Shown: positions 25,646-36,632 of the stretch, piece by piece
Numbering within the stretch: position 1 is the first letter of the stretch
Layout: every line of letters begins with the position of its first letter
Origin: an uncultured Clostridia bacterium
GTDB taxonomy: Bacteria; Bacillota_I; Bacilli_A; RF39; UBA660
Direction of reading: 5' to 3'
Length of the DNA stretch: 64,000 nucleotides
Assembly: GCA_947643225.1 (NCBI GenBank)
Contig: CANRVH010000003.1
Span: forward strand, 7,499 to 71,498
Program-made: the position numbers and the translations under genes
The notes under the pieces: model-generated
Database searches by the model: none
What the model saw: the letters and a program-made list of their open reading frames with translations, nothing else
Told to the model about the DNA's origin: nothing

Positions 25646-25709
25646 TAAAAAAGATATCGTAGAAACGATTCGATAAATTTATACACAAAATAAAAAGTTC
25701 TAATTATGA

Positions 25710-25740
25710 CTACATCAATTAATTATTGATGTAGTTTTTA
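25710..25740 (+). terminator. rho-independent terminator
   Basis: CTACATCAAT-taatt-ATTGATGTAG followed by TTTTTAGTTT. Confidence 0.7.
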
Positions 25741-25882
25741 GTTTACAGTAAAATTACAATATCCCTCGCCCTTTCTATATTCCATATATATAATTGAACA
25801 TATAAAAATCTACACCTTTTTTTGGTGTAAATTTCCTTCAAATCACTTCTCATCCTATCCTTTTCATTTCCCTACACTACTC

Positions 25883-27052
25883 TCATTCCAAGAAACTAAG
25901 AAAAGAAGTACCAATTTCTGGTTTAGCAACATCAAAATTATCTGCTATACTAGCTCCTATATCCGCTAAAGAATTTAAGATAGCCAATCTTTTAGGTGCT
26001 AAAAAATTTCTACTATAAATAATAACAGGAACATTTTCTCTAGTATGATCATTTCCAATAAAAGTTGGATCATTTCCATGATCAGCAGTAATAATCAATA
26101 AATCTTCCATTTCTAATTTATTTAGGATAATTGGAATATTGACATCAAATTCTTCAATTGCCTTAGCATAACCATCCACATCTCTAATATGACCATAAAG
26201 ACTATCAAAATCACTTAAATTAGCTAAGCATACTCCTGTAAACCTTTTATCCATGATATCTGTTAACTTATTAATTGTTTCCGAATTATTAGAAGACTTA
26301 ATTACCTTATTTATCCCTTTTTTATCAAATATATCATTAATTTTTCCAATTCCAATGACATTATAATTATTTTCATTTAAATCATCTAAAACCGTTCTTT
26401 TTGGCGGTTTAATCGCATAATCTTTACGACCAGCATTACTTAATTTAAAACTACCTGGTTTTCCAGTAAAAGGCCTTGCAATAACTCGTCCAACACACCA
26501 CTCATCCTTTAATGTAATCTCTCTTATTTTTTTGCAATAATCATATAAAGTAGATACAGGTATTGTATCTTCATGAGCCGCCACTTGCAAATCAGAATCA
26601 GCTGATGTATATACAATTAAAGATCCATAGTTTAAAGCTTTCTCACCCAATTCATTAATCACATCATTACTATTATTACAGCACATATTTCCTAATATTC
26701 TTCTTGAAGTAATAGATTCTATTTGATCTAAAATTTCCATAGGAAATCCGTCATTAAATGTTTTAAATGGAATATTAGAAGAAATCCCCATCATTTCATA
26801 ATGACCATTTAAACTATCTTTTCCAGCATTATTAGGTTTCGCTATAGTGTAATATGCATCAACTTCATTCCCCTCATTCATATTTAATGTATTTAAAAAA
26901 CCTATTTTCTTCAGATTAGGAATAAATAAATCCGTTTTTTCAACAATATGTCCTAAAGTATTAGCACCTTTATCATTATATTTTTCAGCATCACTTGCCT
27001 CCCCTACACCTAATGAATCTAACACTAGTAAAAATATTCTTTTATATTTCAT
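25883..27052 (-). CDS. deoB: phosphopentomutase
   Basis: MKYKRIFLLVLDSLGVGEA N-terminus and alkaline-phosphatase-like core; 389 aa. Confidence 0.9.
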   Translation of the reverse strand: MKYKRIFLLVLDSLGVGEASDAEKYNDKGANTLGHIVEKTDLFIPNLKKIGFLNTLNMNEGNEVDAYYTIAKPNNAGKDSLNGHYEMMGISSNIPFKTFNDGFPMEILDQIESITSRRILGNMCCNNSNDVINELGEKALNYGSLIVYTSADSDLQVAAHEDTIPVSTLYDYCKKIREITLKDEWCVGRVIARPFTGKPGSFKLSNAGRKDYAIKPPKRTVLDDLNENNYNVIGIGKINDIFDKKGINKVIKSSNNSETINKLTDIMDKRFTGVCLANLSDFDSLYGHIRDVDGYAKAIEEFDVNIPIILNKLEMEDLLIITADHGNDPTFIGNDHTRENVPVIIYSRNFLAPKRLAILNSLADIGASIADNFDVAKPEIGTSFLSFLE

Positions 27053-27065
27053 AATATTTTCTCCT

Positions 27066-27965
27066 TTACTTACTTTCTCTTGGATGGTATTTTATATAAT
27101 CGTTTGTTACCCTCTCATCACTTTTATGAGTATATATCCTTGTTGTAGAAATATTAGAATGTCCTAGCATTTCTTGAATACTTCTCAAGTCAGCACCACA
27201 ATTTAAAAGATGAGTAGCAAAACTATGCCTTAGTGTATGAGGAGAAATATCCTCATTTAATCCCTTTTCACGAAGAATATTCTTCAAAATCTTAAAAAAA
27301 CCCTGTCTAGTCATTTTTTTTCCATGATTATTTAAAAATAATGCTTCACTATTTTCCCTTTTTAAAAGAGAACACCTTTGTTCTATATACAAATTTAAAT
27401 AATACATCGAATACTCTCCAAGTGGAATAATTCTTTCTTTATTTCCTTTTCCTACTAATCGAATAATACAATTTGTAAAGTCTATATCATTAACTGTAAT
27501 ATTTACCAATTCACTTACTCTAATCCCTGTTCCATAAATCAACTCCAACATTGCCTTATTTCGATAATCATAAGGTGTATTTAATTTGATATCCAAAAGA
27601 TATTCTACCTCTTTAACACTCAACGTTTTAGGAAGACTTTTTCTTAATTTCGGCCTTTTAATAAGAAGAGCAACATCCTTAACTACTATTTTTTCTCTTA
27701 ATAAATACCGATGAAAATTTTTAATCGTAGTTAATTTATGGGCTATAGTAGTTGTTTTATCATTCAAATCAATTTGGTACTTTAAAAAAGACTCTATATC
27801 CTTCTCTTTTATATTTTTAACATTAACATGATTATGATAAATTCCTTCAAGATATTTTCTATATACTTTTAAATCATTAGCATAAGATTCCTTCGTCTTA
27901 TCTGAAAGACCCTTTTCAATTACACAATAATTTAAAAAATCATTTAAAGCATCTATGAAATCCAT
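27066..27965 (-). CDS. xerD: tyrosine recombinase XerD (XerC/XerD family)
   Basis: C-terminal HTLRHSFATHLL...GHSNISTTRIYTH catalytic motifs (R..H..R..Y); deoB-xerD linkage as in B. subtilis drm/ripX. Confidence 0.8.
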   Translation of the reverse strand: MDFIDALNDFLNYCVIEKGLSDKTKESYANDLKVYRKYLEGIYHNHVNVKNIKEKDIESFLKYQIDLNDKTTTIAHKLTTIKNFHRYLLREKIVVKDVALLIKRPKLRKSLPKTLSVKEVEYLLDIKLNTPYDYRNKAMLELIYGTGIRVSELVNITVNDIDFTNCIIRLVGKGNKERIIPLGEYSMYYLNLYIEQRCSLLKRENSEALFLNNHGKKMTRQGFFKILKNILREKGLNEDISPHTLRHSFATHLLNCGADLRSIQEMLGHSNISTTRIYTHKSDERVTNDYIKYHPRESK

Positions 27966-28113
27966 GGTATCACCTACTTAATTATATAGTATTTTGAAGT
28001 ATTTTACAACTTTCTTCTTTTTTCGTGATATGCTATACTAATTAACAAATGGAATAAATTAAGATAAATGACTAAAACAATCAAAGTAATTTAAAAAATA
28101 GGAAGTGATATAG

Positions 28114-29343
28114 ATGAACAAACCTCTTGCCCAAAAACTTGCCCCTACTAGCCTAAAAGATATTATTGGCCAGTCCCATTTAGTTGGAAAAGATAAAATT
28201 TTAACCAATATAGTTAAAAATAAAAAACTATTCTCCATGATTTTATATGGTAAACCAGGAATTGGAAAAACAAGCATAAGTCAAGCTATTGTAAACGATC
28301 TTAAAGTAAGATATCGGTTTTTAAATGCTACAGTAAATTCTAAAAAAGATATCGACACAGTTATTGAAGAAGCAAAAATGTATGATGGTATCGTTTTAAT
28401 TATGGATGAAATTCATCGCCTTCATAAAGACAAACAAGATGTATTACTCCCTGTCATAGAAAGTGGCTTAATTACCTTAATAGGAATGACTACATCTAAC
28501 CCATATCATTCTATAAATCCTGCTATTAGAAGTAGATGCCAATTATTTGAATTAAAAGAATTAGAAACATCAGATATTGTTAAAGCTCTAAAAAAAGCAG
28601 TTAAAACAGAATACTTAAAAGGAATAAAAATTGATCAAAAAAGTATAGATCTAATTGCAAATCTTTCAGGTAATGATCTTAGATTTGCTTATAATTTACT
28701 AGAAATAGCTTACTACTCTACTAGTGACCAGGTAGTAAATAATAACATCATCAAAAAAATCAATTCCAAGCCTGTATTTTTTAGTGATAAAAATGGAGAT
28801 GGCCATTACGAGGTATTAAGTGGATTACAAAAATCAATTAGAGGAAGTGATGTAAATGCTTCCCTCCACTACTTAGCAAGATTAGTAGCTAGTGAGGATT
28901 TAGATTCTATCTATAGAAGACTTAGTGTAATAGCCTATGAAGATATCGGTCTTGCCAATCCATCTATTGGACCTAAACTTGAGGCCGCAATAAATGCTAG
29001 CGAAAGAGTTGGCTTACCAGAAGCTAGAATACCTCTTGGTACAATCGTCTGTGAAATGGCACTATCTCCTAAAAGTAATACTGCTCATCTTGCCTTTGAT
29101 GAAGCATTAAGTGATATCGAAACAGGAAATTGCGGAACTGTTCCTAACCATATTAAACCTGATAGTACAGATTATAAATATCCCCACAACTACAAAGGCG
29201 CCTTCGTAGTACAACAATATTTACCAAATCAATTAAAAAACAAGAAATATTACCATCCTAAAGATATCGGCTATGAGACGAGATTAAAACAAATCTATGA
29301 AAAATTAGAAATATTAAAAAACAAAAACAATAAAAAGGACTAG
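28114..29343 (+). CDS. rarA: replication-associated recombination protein A (RarA/MgsA AAA+ ATPase)
   Basis: MILYGKPGIGKTSIS Walker A; IMDEIHRL Walker B; ~410 aa. Confidence 0.85.
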   Translation: MNKPLAQKLAPTSLKDIIGQSHLVGKDKILTNIVKNKKLFSMILYGKPGIGKTSISQAIVNDLKVRYRFLNATVNSKKDIDTVIEEAKMYDGIVLIMDEIHRLHKDKQDVLLPVIESGLITLIGMTTSNPYHSINPAIRSRCQLFELKELETSDIVKALKKAVKTEYLKGIKIDQKSIDLIANLSGNDLRFAYNLLEIAYYSTSDQVVNNNIIKKINSKPVFFSDKNGDGHYEVLSGLQKSIRGSDVNASLHYLARLVASEDLDSIYRRLSVIAYEDIGLANPSIGPKLEAAINASERVGLPEARIPLGTIVCEMALSPKSNTAHLAFDEALSDIETGNCGTVPNHIKPDSTDYKYPHNYKGAFVVQQYLPNQLKNKKYYHPKDIGYETRLKQIYEKLEILKNKNNKKD

Positions 29344-29353
29344 TTAAGTCCTT

Positions 29354-30283
29354 TTATAAATTTAAAATAAACATCTCTAATGGCTTATTAATATCATAAA
29401 TACCACTTTTAAATTTAAAATCTAACTCTCCTAATCTTTTAATCAAAATCTCCACTTCTTTTTTTGATACATCTCTTAAAAGTTCTTGTGTTTTTTCTAT
29501 CCTATATGGATGAATTCCTAGTATTGAAGCAATTTCTTGCTTTTTTTTCTTTTGATCCATTAAAAGAAACACTTGCTCTAATAACCTTAATTGACTCTCT
29601 AATAATCCTGTAAGACTAATATCATCGATATAATACTTATCTAATCTCTTGTATATAATTAGAGCATCTCTTTTATTTTTTGAACATATACATTTTACTA
29701 AATCAAAAATCAATTGTGTAGAATCACCAATACGTTTATAACAAATATTTTTAATATCCTCTTTAGTAATAACCTTTTCATTATATTTATACTGTTTTAA
29801 CTTATCACATTCCACCTGAATTGCATCTATATCATGATTAATATAATCAATAAGTAAAGATTCAACCCCCTCCTCAATTGTATAACCTTTCAGTGCATCC
29901 TTTATAACTAAACTTGAATTACTCTCTAATTTTAAATAATTCGCCTTATTTTTTAATTCCTTCGTAATCTTTTTTCTACTATCTAAAGAAACAGAGGACA
30001 TAATCAAAAGTTTATTAGGATCAAAATTTTCTAAATAATTAAATAAATGCTTTGTTTTTTTACTATCTATATCTAACAATTCTACATTTTTTAATAATAT
30101 CACTTTCTTCTCACTCAAAAACGAATAAGTGTCTAAATCCTCCAAAACTGAATCTAAAGAATTTTCCGACAAATCATATTCTGATTGATAATTATTTTCA
30201 AAACCATTTTCTTTAATTAACTCATCTATCTTTTTTTTATAAGAAAAATTAGATACATATTCAATTAAGTAATTATTCTTCAT
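29354..30283 (-). CDS. holA: DNA polymerase III delta subunit-like (HolA-like)
   Basis: Size and C-terminal helical pattern resemble HolA; start overlaps the alaS stop. Confidence 0.45.
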   Translation of the reverse strand: MKNNYLIEYVSNFSYKKKIDELIKENGFENNYQSEYDLSENSLDSVLEDLDTYSFLSEKKVILLKNVELLDIDSKKTKHLFNYLENFDPNKLLIMSSVSLDSRKKITKELKNKANYLKLESNSSLVIKDALKGYTIEEGVESLLIDYINHDIDAIQVECDKLKQYKYNEKVITKEDIKNICYKRIGDSTQLIFDLVKCICSKNKRDALIIYKRLDKYYIDDISLTGLLESQLRLLEQVFLLMDQKKKKQEIASILGIHPYRIEKTQELLRDVSKKEVEILIKRLGELDFKFKSGIYDINKPLEMFILNL

Positions 30284-32966
30284 GTTTTAAAGCCTTTTTT
30301 ATACTTTGATATATTTCATCTAAATTAGAAACAGATTTACCTCCACCTTGACCAAAGGTAGCACTACCTCCTCCATTTCCATTAGACATTTGTGAAGCAA
30401 TTTTAACTATATATCCTGCATTAACATGACAATTACTACGACAAATGAAATTTACAGAATGATCCTCTTTAACATTAGCAAAGAAAACAAATCCGCTTTG
30501 CATTTCATTAACTAAATGATCAACAATTGTCTTTAAAAGGTTTTGATCTTTATTTTCAACCTCCATGATTAATCCCTTAACACCATGATACTCTTGAATC
30601 TTATTTCTATATTCATCTAAGTTACTTAAAACTTTTCCTTCACGTAACTTAAAATAATTCTTCTCCAAATCCTTAACTTCTTTTTGAACATAAGATAACT
30701 CATTTTGATTAAAAATAATATCTTTATAACTAATAGGTTTTGAATTATCTATATCTACATCAAATTCTAACTGAATTCCCATCTTATTTGCATCATCCAA
30801 AATACTCTTGGCTTTCATTAATAATTTAATCATTTCATCATTATAAGGTTTAATAATAGCAAATAAAGTTTGCTCAATTTTAGCATGAGTAACGGCCTCA
30901 ATTCGGTAAACATTACTTCCTTTTGACTCATAAGAAAAAATAGCAAATTTTCCAATATCTTTAGTATTAGTAGCATGTGTTCCACCACACAATTCAATCG
31001 ATTTACCCATTTTTACTACCCTAACAATATCAGAATATTTCTCACTAAACAAAGCCATAGCACCTAATTTTTTGGCCTTATCAAGAGGCATAACCTCTGT
31101 TGCAACAATTAACTTCTGATTAATCAATTCATTTACCTTATCTTCTACTTTTAAAATATCCTCATCCGATAATTTTCCCGAATAAGTAAAATCTAATCTT
31201 AACCTTTCACAATCAACATAGGAACCCGCCTGTCGAATATTTTGATCAACAACTGTTCTTAGTGCATAATGAAGTAAATGAACACTACTATGATTAGCTT
31301 CAATTTGCTTTCTTCTTTCCTTATCTGTTACAACTTCGCACTCATCGCCTATATTAATTTTTCCATCCAAAAGCTTTACTCTATGAATATTTTGACCATT
31401 AGGAGCCTTAAAAACGTCAATTACTCTAGCCTTAAAGTTCTTACCAACAATCATACCTGTATCATTAACTTGTCCACCTTGTGTTGCATATAGACAAGTC
31501 CTATCTAAGGCAATATAACCATCATGATCTAAATTATTTAATAAACGATCTTTTGCAAAAATAGCTAATACCTTCGTTTTCAATCGATAAATACGATATG
31601 CAAATTCTGATTTTTCTGTAAAATCTAAAAGAACCTGTTTCTGACTTGCCATATCTGCTTTAGTTCGAGATGCCTTTTTGGCAAGTTCCTTTTGAGAATT
31701 CATATACCTTTCAAATTCATCTTTACTCGTTCGATATCCTAATTCTTGTAAATACTCCTCAGTTAATTCAAAAGGAAAACCATAAGTATCATATAACTTA
31801 AAAGCATCCCTTCCACTCAATACACCATCTTTAGAATTTTGTAGCATTTGCTTTAAAATTCTCTCACCATCATTTAAAGTAGATAGAAATAATTTCTCTT
31901 CCTCTAATATTTTAGTTTCAATAATTAGTTGATGTTCTCTTAAATAAGGATAAGCATTTTCCATTGTATTGATTACTGTACTAACAAGCTTATAAATAAA
32001 AACCTCAGTAATTCCTAGTTTTTTACCAGAACGAACACTTCTTCTTAATAGTCTCCTTAAAACATAACCCCTTCCAGAATTGGAAAAAGTCGCTCCATCG
32101 GCTAAAGCAAAAGTAATCGCTCTAATATGATCTGCAATAATCTTAAAATCAGTCTGTCCCTGATAATGTATTTTAGTAATATCCTCAATATGACGAATAA
32201 TTGGAATAAAAAGATCAGTTTCAAAATTACTATCTACATCTTGAAAAATTAAACACCATCTCTCTAAACCTGCACCTGTATCAATATTTTTATGTGGTAA
32301 TTCCTGATATTTTTCACGCGGTGTATTTTCTACAGAATTAAATTGTGAAAATACATTATTCCAAATCTCAATATATCGCTCTTGCTCCTCATCTTTTTTG
32401 AATTTTTCTAATGCATCATGTTTAGAATCATACTTTTCTCCACGATCATAAAAAATCTCACTATCTGGACCACAAGGACCTGAGCCAATTTCCCAAAAAT
32501 TACCATCAAGCAAAATAATATGATCTTCCTTTATTCCTACTTCGATCCATTTATGATAAGCTTCTTGATCCTGAGTATAAACAGTAACATACAATTTTTC
32601 CTTTGGAATAGCAAAATATTCCTTACTCGTTAAAAGTTCCCAAGCAAATTCTATTGCCTCATTTTTAAAGTAATCTCCAATGGAAAAATTACCCATCATT
32701 TCAAAGAAAGTTTGATGTCTTTTTGTTACACCTACATTTTCTATATCATTTGTTCTAATACATTTTTGAATATTAGCCAATCTCTTATTACTAGGAATTT
32801 CTGAACCATCAAAATATTTCTTTAAAGGCGCAACACCAGCATTAATCCACAATATAGATTCATCATTTATAGGAACCAAAGAAGCACTTTCAACAATCTT
32901 ATGCCCTTTCTTTGAAAAATACTCTAACCACATATCTCTTATTTCTATATGAGTCATTTTTTTCAT
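30273..32966 (-). CDS. alaS: alanine--tRNA ligase
   Basis: HTFFEMMGNFSIGDYFK class II motif; editing domain HSSVHLLHYAL..CGGTH; 897 aa. Confidence 0.95.
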   Translation of the reverse strand: MKKMTHIEIRDMWLEYFSKKGHKIVESASLVPINDESILWINAGVAPLKKYFDGSEIPSNKRLANIQKCIRTNDIENVGVTKRHQTFFEMMGNFSIGDYFKNEAIEFAWELLTSKEYFAIPKEKLYVTVYTQDQEAYHKWIEVGIKEDHIILLDGNFWEIGSGPCGPDSEIFYDRGEKYDSKHDALEKFKKDEEQERYIEIWNNVFSQFNSVENTPREKYQELPHKNIDTGAGLERWCLIFQDVDSNFETDLFIPIIRHIEDITKIHYQGQTDFKIIADHIRAITFALADGATFSNSGRGYVLRRLLRRSVRSGKKLGITEVFIYKLVSTVINTMENAYPYLREHQLIIETKILEEEKLFLSTLNDGERILKQMLQNSKDGVLSGRDAFKLYDTYGFPFELTEEYLQELGYRTSKDEFERYMNSQKELAKKASRTKADMASQKQVLLDFTEKSEFAYRIYRLKTKVLAIFAKDRLLNNLDHDGYIALDRTCLYATQGGQVNDTGMIVGKNFKARVIDVFKAPNGQNIHRVKLLDGKINIGDECEVVTDKERRKQIEANHSSVHLLHYALRTVVDQNIRQAGSYVDCERLRLDFTYSGKLSDEDILKVEDKVNELINQKLIVATEVMPLDKAKKLGAMALFSEKYSDIVRVVKMGKSIELCGGTHATNTKDIGKFAIFSYESKGSNVYRIEAVTHAKIEQTLFAIIKPYNDEMIKLLMKAKSILDDANKMGIQLEFDVDIDNSKPISYKDIIFNQNELSYVQKEVKDLEKNYFKLREGKVLSNLDEYRNKIQEYHGVKGLIMEVENKDQNLLKTIVDHLVNEMQSGFVFFANVKEDHSVNFICRSNCHVNAGYIVKIASQMSNGNGGGSATFGQGGGKSVSNLDEIYQSIKKALKHEE

Positions 32967-33526
32967 TACTCTACACCTTCCTTATCTATTTTTTCAATAA
33001 TTTCATCCAATCTTTGATAGTAATCATCTAAATTACCACTATTATAAATATAATAATCAGCAAAAGCAATTACCCCACCCTTTGCTAAATTTTCAATTTC
33101 ACTAATATCACGTTCTTTAGCCTCTTGATATGTAAAAGGCCGATATTCCCTAGTTTTCATTCTCTCATAACGTTTTTCTTTATCCGCTAAAATACCAATA
33201 AGTTTCATATTCTTAGAATACTCTTTTTGTAATATTAAAAACTCTTCCCATGAATACAAACTATCTAAAACTATATCTTTAGTCTTTAACTTTTCCCTAA
33301 TTACAGGTAAAAGTAGCTCTGCTAATACTCCCATGCCCTGTTCTTTTCGAAGCTTTTCACGAACCATCTTCTCATTTTTAGGATTAACCTCCATATTCTT
33401 TTCTCTTAATTTATCAATAATAATATTACCAAAATGAATGCGTTCATATCCCTTTTTTTCTAAGTAACTACTAGCAACACTTTTTCCACTTCCTGCCATT
33501 CCAACTATAGCAATAATTTGATTCAT
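32966..33526 (-). CDS. P-loop nucleoside/nucleotide kinase-like protein (AAA/CoaE-like)
   Basis: IIAIVGMAGSGKSVAS Walker A; ATG at 33526 after a GGAGGA SD; first gene after the T-box leader; overlaps the alaS start. Confidence 0.5.
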   Translation of the reverse strand: MNQIIAIVGMAGSGKSVASSYLEKKGYERIHFGNIIIDKLREKNMEVNPKNEKMVREKLRKEQGMGVLAELLLPVIREKLKTKDIVLDSLYSWEEFLILQKEYSKNMKLIGILADKEKRYERMKTREYRPFTYQEAKERDISEIENLAKGGVIAFADYYIYNSGNLDDYYQRLDEIIEKIDKEGVE

Positions 33527-33544
33527 AATTCCTCCTCTAAGCAC

Positions 33545-33720
33545 AAATAAAAGACCTTTTTAGGAGGACAATAAATGCCCGGTACCATCCTAAAATTGGT
33601 CTTAATTATGATAACGGTTTTCCCGATAAAACTCCAAAGTAGCTTTCCCAAAATTTATGTTAGCTTTCACCTACTCTAACTCTCTATATTTCATTTTAGT
33701 ACTTTTCTTTATCACAGTTT
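33545..33720 (-). promoter_or_regulatory. T-box riboswitch leader (Ala specifier GCU) regulating the kinase-like gene and alaS
   Basis: Minus strand: AGAGAG stem I element; GUGAAAGCUAAC specifier loop with GCU then purine; T-box core AUUUUAGGAUGGUACCGGG (UGGUACC bulge; N=U matches tRNA-Ala discriminator A73). Antiterminator 3' strand UCCUCCUA can instead pair with AGGAGGA of the SD. Confidence 0.75.
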
Positions 33721-33721
33721 T

Positions 33722-34858
33722 TTAACTATTTTTAATATTTTCAAGTAAATTATCCATCAAATGCAACTTTTCATTTGTAAATCCAAAGATAATTTTGATA
33801 ACAGCAACTAAAGGAGTTGCAATGATCATCCCCATAATACCAAAGAAATGGCCAAAAATCAATAACCCAATCATAATTACAACAGGATGTAATTTCATAG
33901 TATGACCCATAATTAATGGTTGATAGAAATTATTTTCTAAAGTTTGAACAATAATAATAGATATAATGGTAAATATTCCTGTTGCTGGAGAAATAGTAAA
34001 CCCTACTATAATTGCTGGAACAGCCCCAATCCAAGGACCAAAATAAGGAATAATATCAGTAATAGCACAAAACAAAGCAAAAATTAATGGTGCCTTTAAT
34101 CCTGCTAAAGTTAACCCTATGGCTTGACTAATAAAAACAAGCAACATAACAACAAAAACACCTTGAAGATAACTCCTTAAAGAACAATTAATCCTTCTAA
34201 TTAAATCTTTAGCATTATCATGATATTTCTTAGGAATAAAACTATATACTTTTTTAGTCATTAAATGATAATCATAAGATAAATAAAAACTAATCATTAA
34301 CCCTAAAATAGATGTAGTAATAACAGAAATAAAACTTTTAGTACCACCTATTAAAGTCTCTGGTAAAGTTGTAGAAAAGCTTGTACTAATATCACCAACT
34401 GTCTTAAAAATACTTTTTCTAATATGATTAACACTAGCACTATCATTATTTCCTAAAATACTATTAACTATTTCCTTTAATTCTTTCAAAATATTTGGCA
34501 TAGCAGCAATTAAATCTTTAATTTGGCTAATAAGATTAGGAATAAACAAAGCTAATATAATAAAAATAATACCAATCAAAATAGTGTATACAATAACACA
34601 AGCAACCACTTTTGGAACTTTCTTTTCAATTAGTTTATCTATAATGGGCGATAATAACCAAGCGAATAACACACCAATAAATAATGGTGTCATCACTTTT
34701 AAAAAGCTACAAAAAAAACTAAAGACGTGTAATTTATTTAAAATATAAACACCAAGAGATAATATAGAAAAAATCACCAAAATATTTAGATAATGAGCAA
34801 GATTTTTATATTCTTTAATACACTTATTTAAATTATTAACATTTAATTTTTCTTTCAT
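33722..34858 (-). CDS. AI-2E family transporter (PerM/YhhT-like)
   Basis: 378 aa, ~8 TM helices, conserved C-terminal region characteristic of UPF0118/AI-2E family. Confidence 0.55.
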   Translation of the reverse strand: MKEKLNVNNLNKCIKEYKNLAHYLNILVIFSILSLGVYILNKLHVFSFFCSFLKVMTPLFIGVLFAWLLSPIIDKLIEKKVPKVVACVIVYTILIGIIFIILALFIPNLISQIKDLIAAMPNILKELKEIVNSILGNNDSASVNHIRKSIFKTVGDISTSFSTTLPETLIGGTKSFISVITTSILGLMISFYLSYDYHLMTKKVYSFIPKKYHDNAKDLIRRINCSLRSYLQGVFVVMLLVFISQAIGLTLAGLKAPLIFALFCAITDIIPYFGPWIGAVPAIIVGFTISPATGIFTIISIIIVQTLENNFYQPLIMGHTMKLHPVVIMIGLLIFGHFFGIMGMIIATPLVAVIKIIFGFTNEKLHLMDNLLENIKNS

Positions 34859-34910
34859 AAGGCCTCCTAATAATAGTATAACAAAATATTAAAAAAATAT
34901 AAAGAACAAG

Positions 34911-35543
34911 ATGGTGAATTTTAAAAATATAAGATATAATATTTTTGGTGATAAAATGAAAGTAATTAACAAAAATTTCTCTACTGAATTAATCATAAAA
35001 AATTCAAAATTTATCTGTTTACTTTATAAAATTGAAAATACTTCTGATATCAAAAAAATCTTAAAAATGACCAAATCCCTTCACCCCAAAGCAACTCACT
35101 GTTGTTATGCTTATATTATAGGAAATATAACTAAATCATTTGATGATGGTGAACCATCTGGCACCGCCGGAATGCCTATTTTAAGTGTTTTAAAAAAAGA
35201 AGAATTAACTAATATACTGTGTATCGTCGTTCGTTACTTTGGAGGAATAAAATTAGGAAGCAATGGTTTAATAAGAGCATATTCCAAAAGTGTTAAACAG
35301 TGTTTAGAACAAATAAAATATAATAAATTGATTCCTGGATACTTAATTAAAATTACCACTCATTATGATCAAATAAAAAATCTTGAATACATACTAAATA
35401 AAAACGAAATTTTATCAAAACAATTTCTAGAACAAGTAATTTATATCTCAAAAATAGAAAAGAATTTAATTTCAATATTAAAAGAAAAAAACTATTCTTA
35501 CCAAATTATTGAACCTTGTCTAATTGAACAAAAGAAAAAATGA
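34911..35543 (+). CDS. yigZ: YigZ/IMPACT-family protein (UPF0029)
   Basis: DDGEPSGTAGMPIL and RYFGGIKLG motifs; start may be the internal Met (MKVINKN) at 34956. Confidence 0.7.
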   Translation: MVNFKNIRYNIFGDKMKVINKNFSTELIIKNSKFICLLYKIENTSDIKKILKMTKSLHPKATHCCYAYIIGNITKSFDDGEPSGTAGMPILSVLKKEELTNILCIVVRYFGGIKLGSNGLIRAYSKSVKQCLEQIKYNKLIPGYLIKITTHYDQIKNLEYILNKNEILSKQFLEQVIYISKIEKNLISILKEKNYSYQIIEPCLIEQKKK

Positions 35544-35588
35544 GATTGATAATGTATTTATCTAACAAAATACAACTACCTCTCACAT

Positions 35589-35891
35589 TTATTTTAACAA
35601 ATTATCTAACTCTGTACTGTTCTTAAAGCCTGACTCTTTTTTTACCAATTTTCCATCTTTAAATACTAACAATGTAGGAACACTCATAATGGTATACTCT
35701 TTTGCAAGTTCAGGATATAAATCTACATCTACCTTCAAGATTTTCATATCAGAATGTTCTTTTTCATAACTTTCTAATACTGGCATTAACATCTTACATG
35801 GACCACACCACGTTGCAAAAAAATCAACTAAAACCACCTGACTTTTAATTTCTTCACTAAAGTCATCACTTTTTTCTAACAATTTAATCAT
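35589..35891 (-). CDS. trxA: thioredoxin
   Basis: WCGPC active site; 100 aa. Confidence 0.9.
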   Translation of the reverse strand: MIKLLEKSDDFSEEIKSQVVLVDFFATWCGPCKMLMPVLESYEKEHSDMKILKVDVDLYPELAKEYTIMSVPTLLVFKDGKLVKKESGFKNSTELDNLLK

Positions 35892-35903
35892 TTTATTATT
35901 CTC

Positions 35904-36632
35904 CTATCTATATTGATTCAAAATACTATTTATATTTTTCATATCAGACAACTTACCCTGCTCAACTAATTGATCTATTGTCTCAACGGAAACAATCTCA
36001 TATTTTAACATAATTGCTAAAACTTCCAAATTATACAAATTAGAATTCTCAAGTTTATGCTTATCCTTATTAATCCTCCTAGTCAATGTATAAATATCAC
36101 TTGTAGCAGAATTCAAATTCTTAGTCAATCCAGTTAATATAGGAGTATGATTCAAAACCAAATCTGCTGCCTTTGATTCATGAAAATGAATATTATCAGC
36201 CAAAGGTACAGAAATAATAATTAAGATAACAAAAGAAATCAAAAATCCTCCTATAAAACCCACTATACCACCTAATATTGAAGATGCTGTATGAAAGATA
36301 AGCAAACTATTAACCAACTTATCTATAACCTTAGTCACACTTAACACTAATCTAAAAATAAAACTTAGAATAAGATAAATGATAACAAAGGCGATAATCT
36401 GATAAACCAAAAGATTTAAAGTAGATAAACTTATTCCTAACAAACCAAAGTTAAAAAATGGCATAAATCCATACAATATTTTGGCAACACTCCCCATTAG
36501 ACTAAATGAAAGAACTAAAATAAATAAATTACCTACTACATTAACTGTTTCCTTAATTACTCCTCTCTTTAATCCTGAGACTATACATAATAATATAAAT
36601 AGTATAACTATAACATCTATTATATTCATCAT
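35904..36632 (-). CDS. cvpA: CvpA-family membrane protein (colicin V production protein-like)
   Basis: 4 TM N-terminal domain typical of CvpA; divergent from rnhC as in B. subtilis (yshB/rnhC). Confidence 0.5.
   Translation of the reverse strand: MMNIIDVIVILFILLCIVSGLKRGVIKETVNVVGNLFILVLSFSLMGSVAKILYGFMPFFNFGLLGISLSTLNLLVYQIIAFVIIYLILSFIFRLVLSVTKVIDKLVNSLLIFHTASSILGGIVGFIGGFLISFVILIIISVPLADNIHFHESKAADLVLNHTPILTGLTKNLNSATSDIYTLTRRINKDKHKLENSNLYNLEVLAIMLKYEIVSVETIDQLVEQGKLSDMKNINSILNQYR

Noticed and set aside
25386-25686. Two minus-strand ORFs overlapping the Cys-rich gene
   Set aside because: They are antisense to a gene with strong SD and terminator; translations are low-complexity S/L/F/Y-rich.
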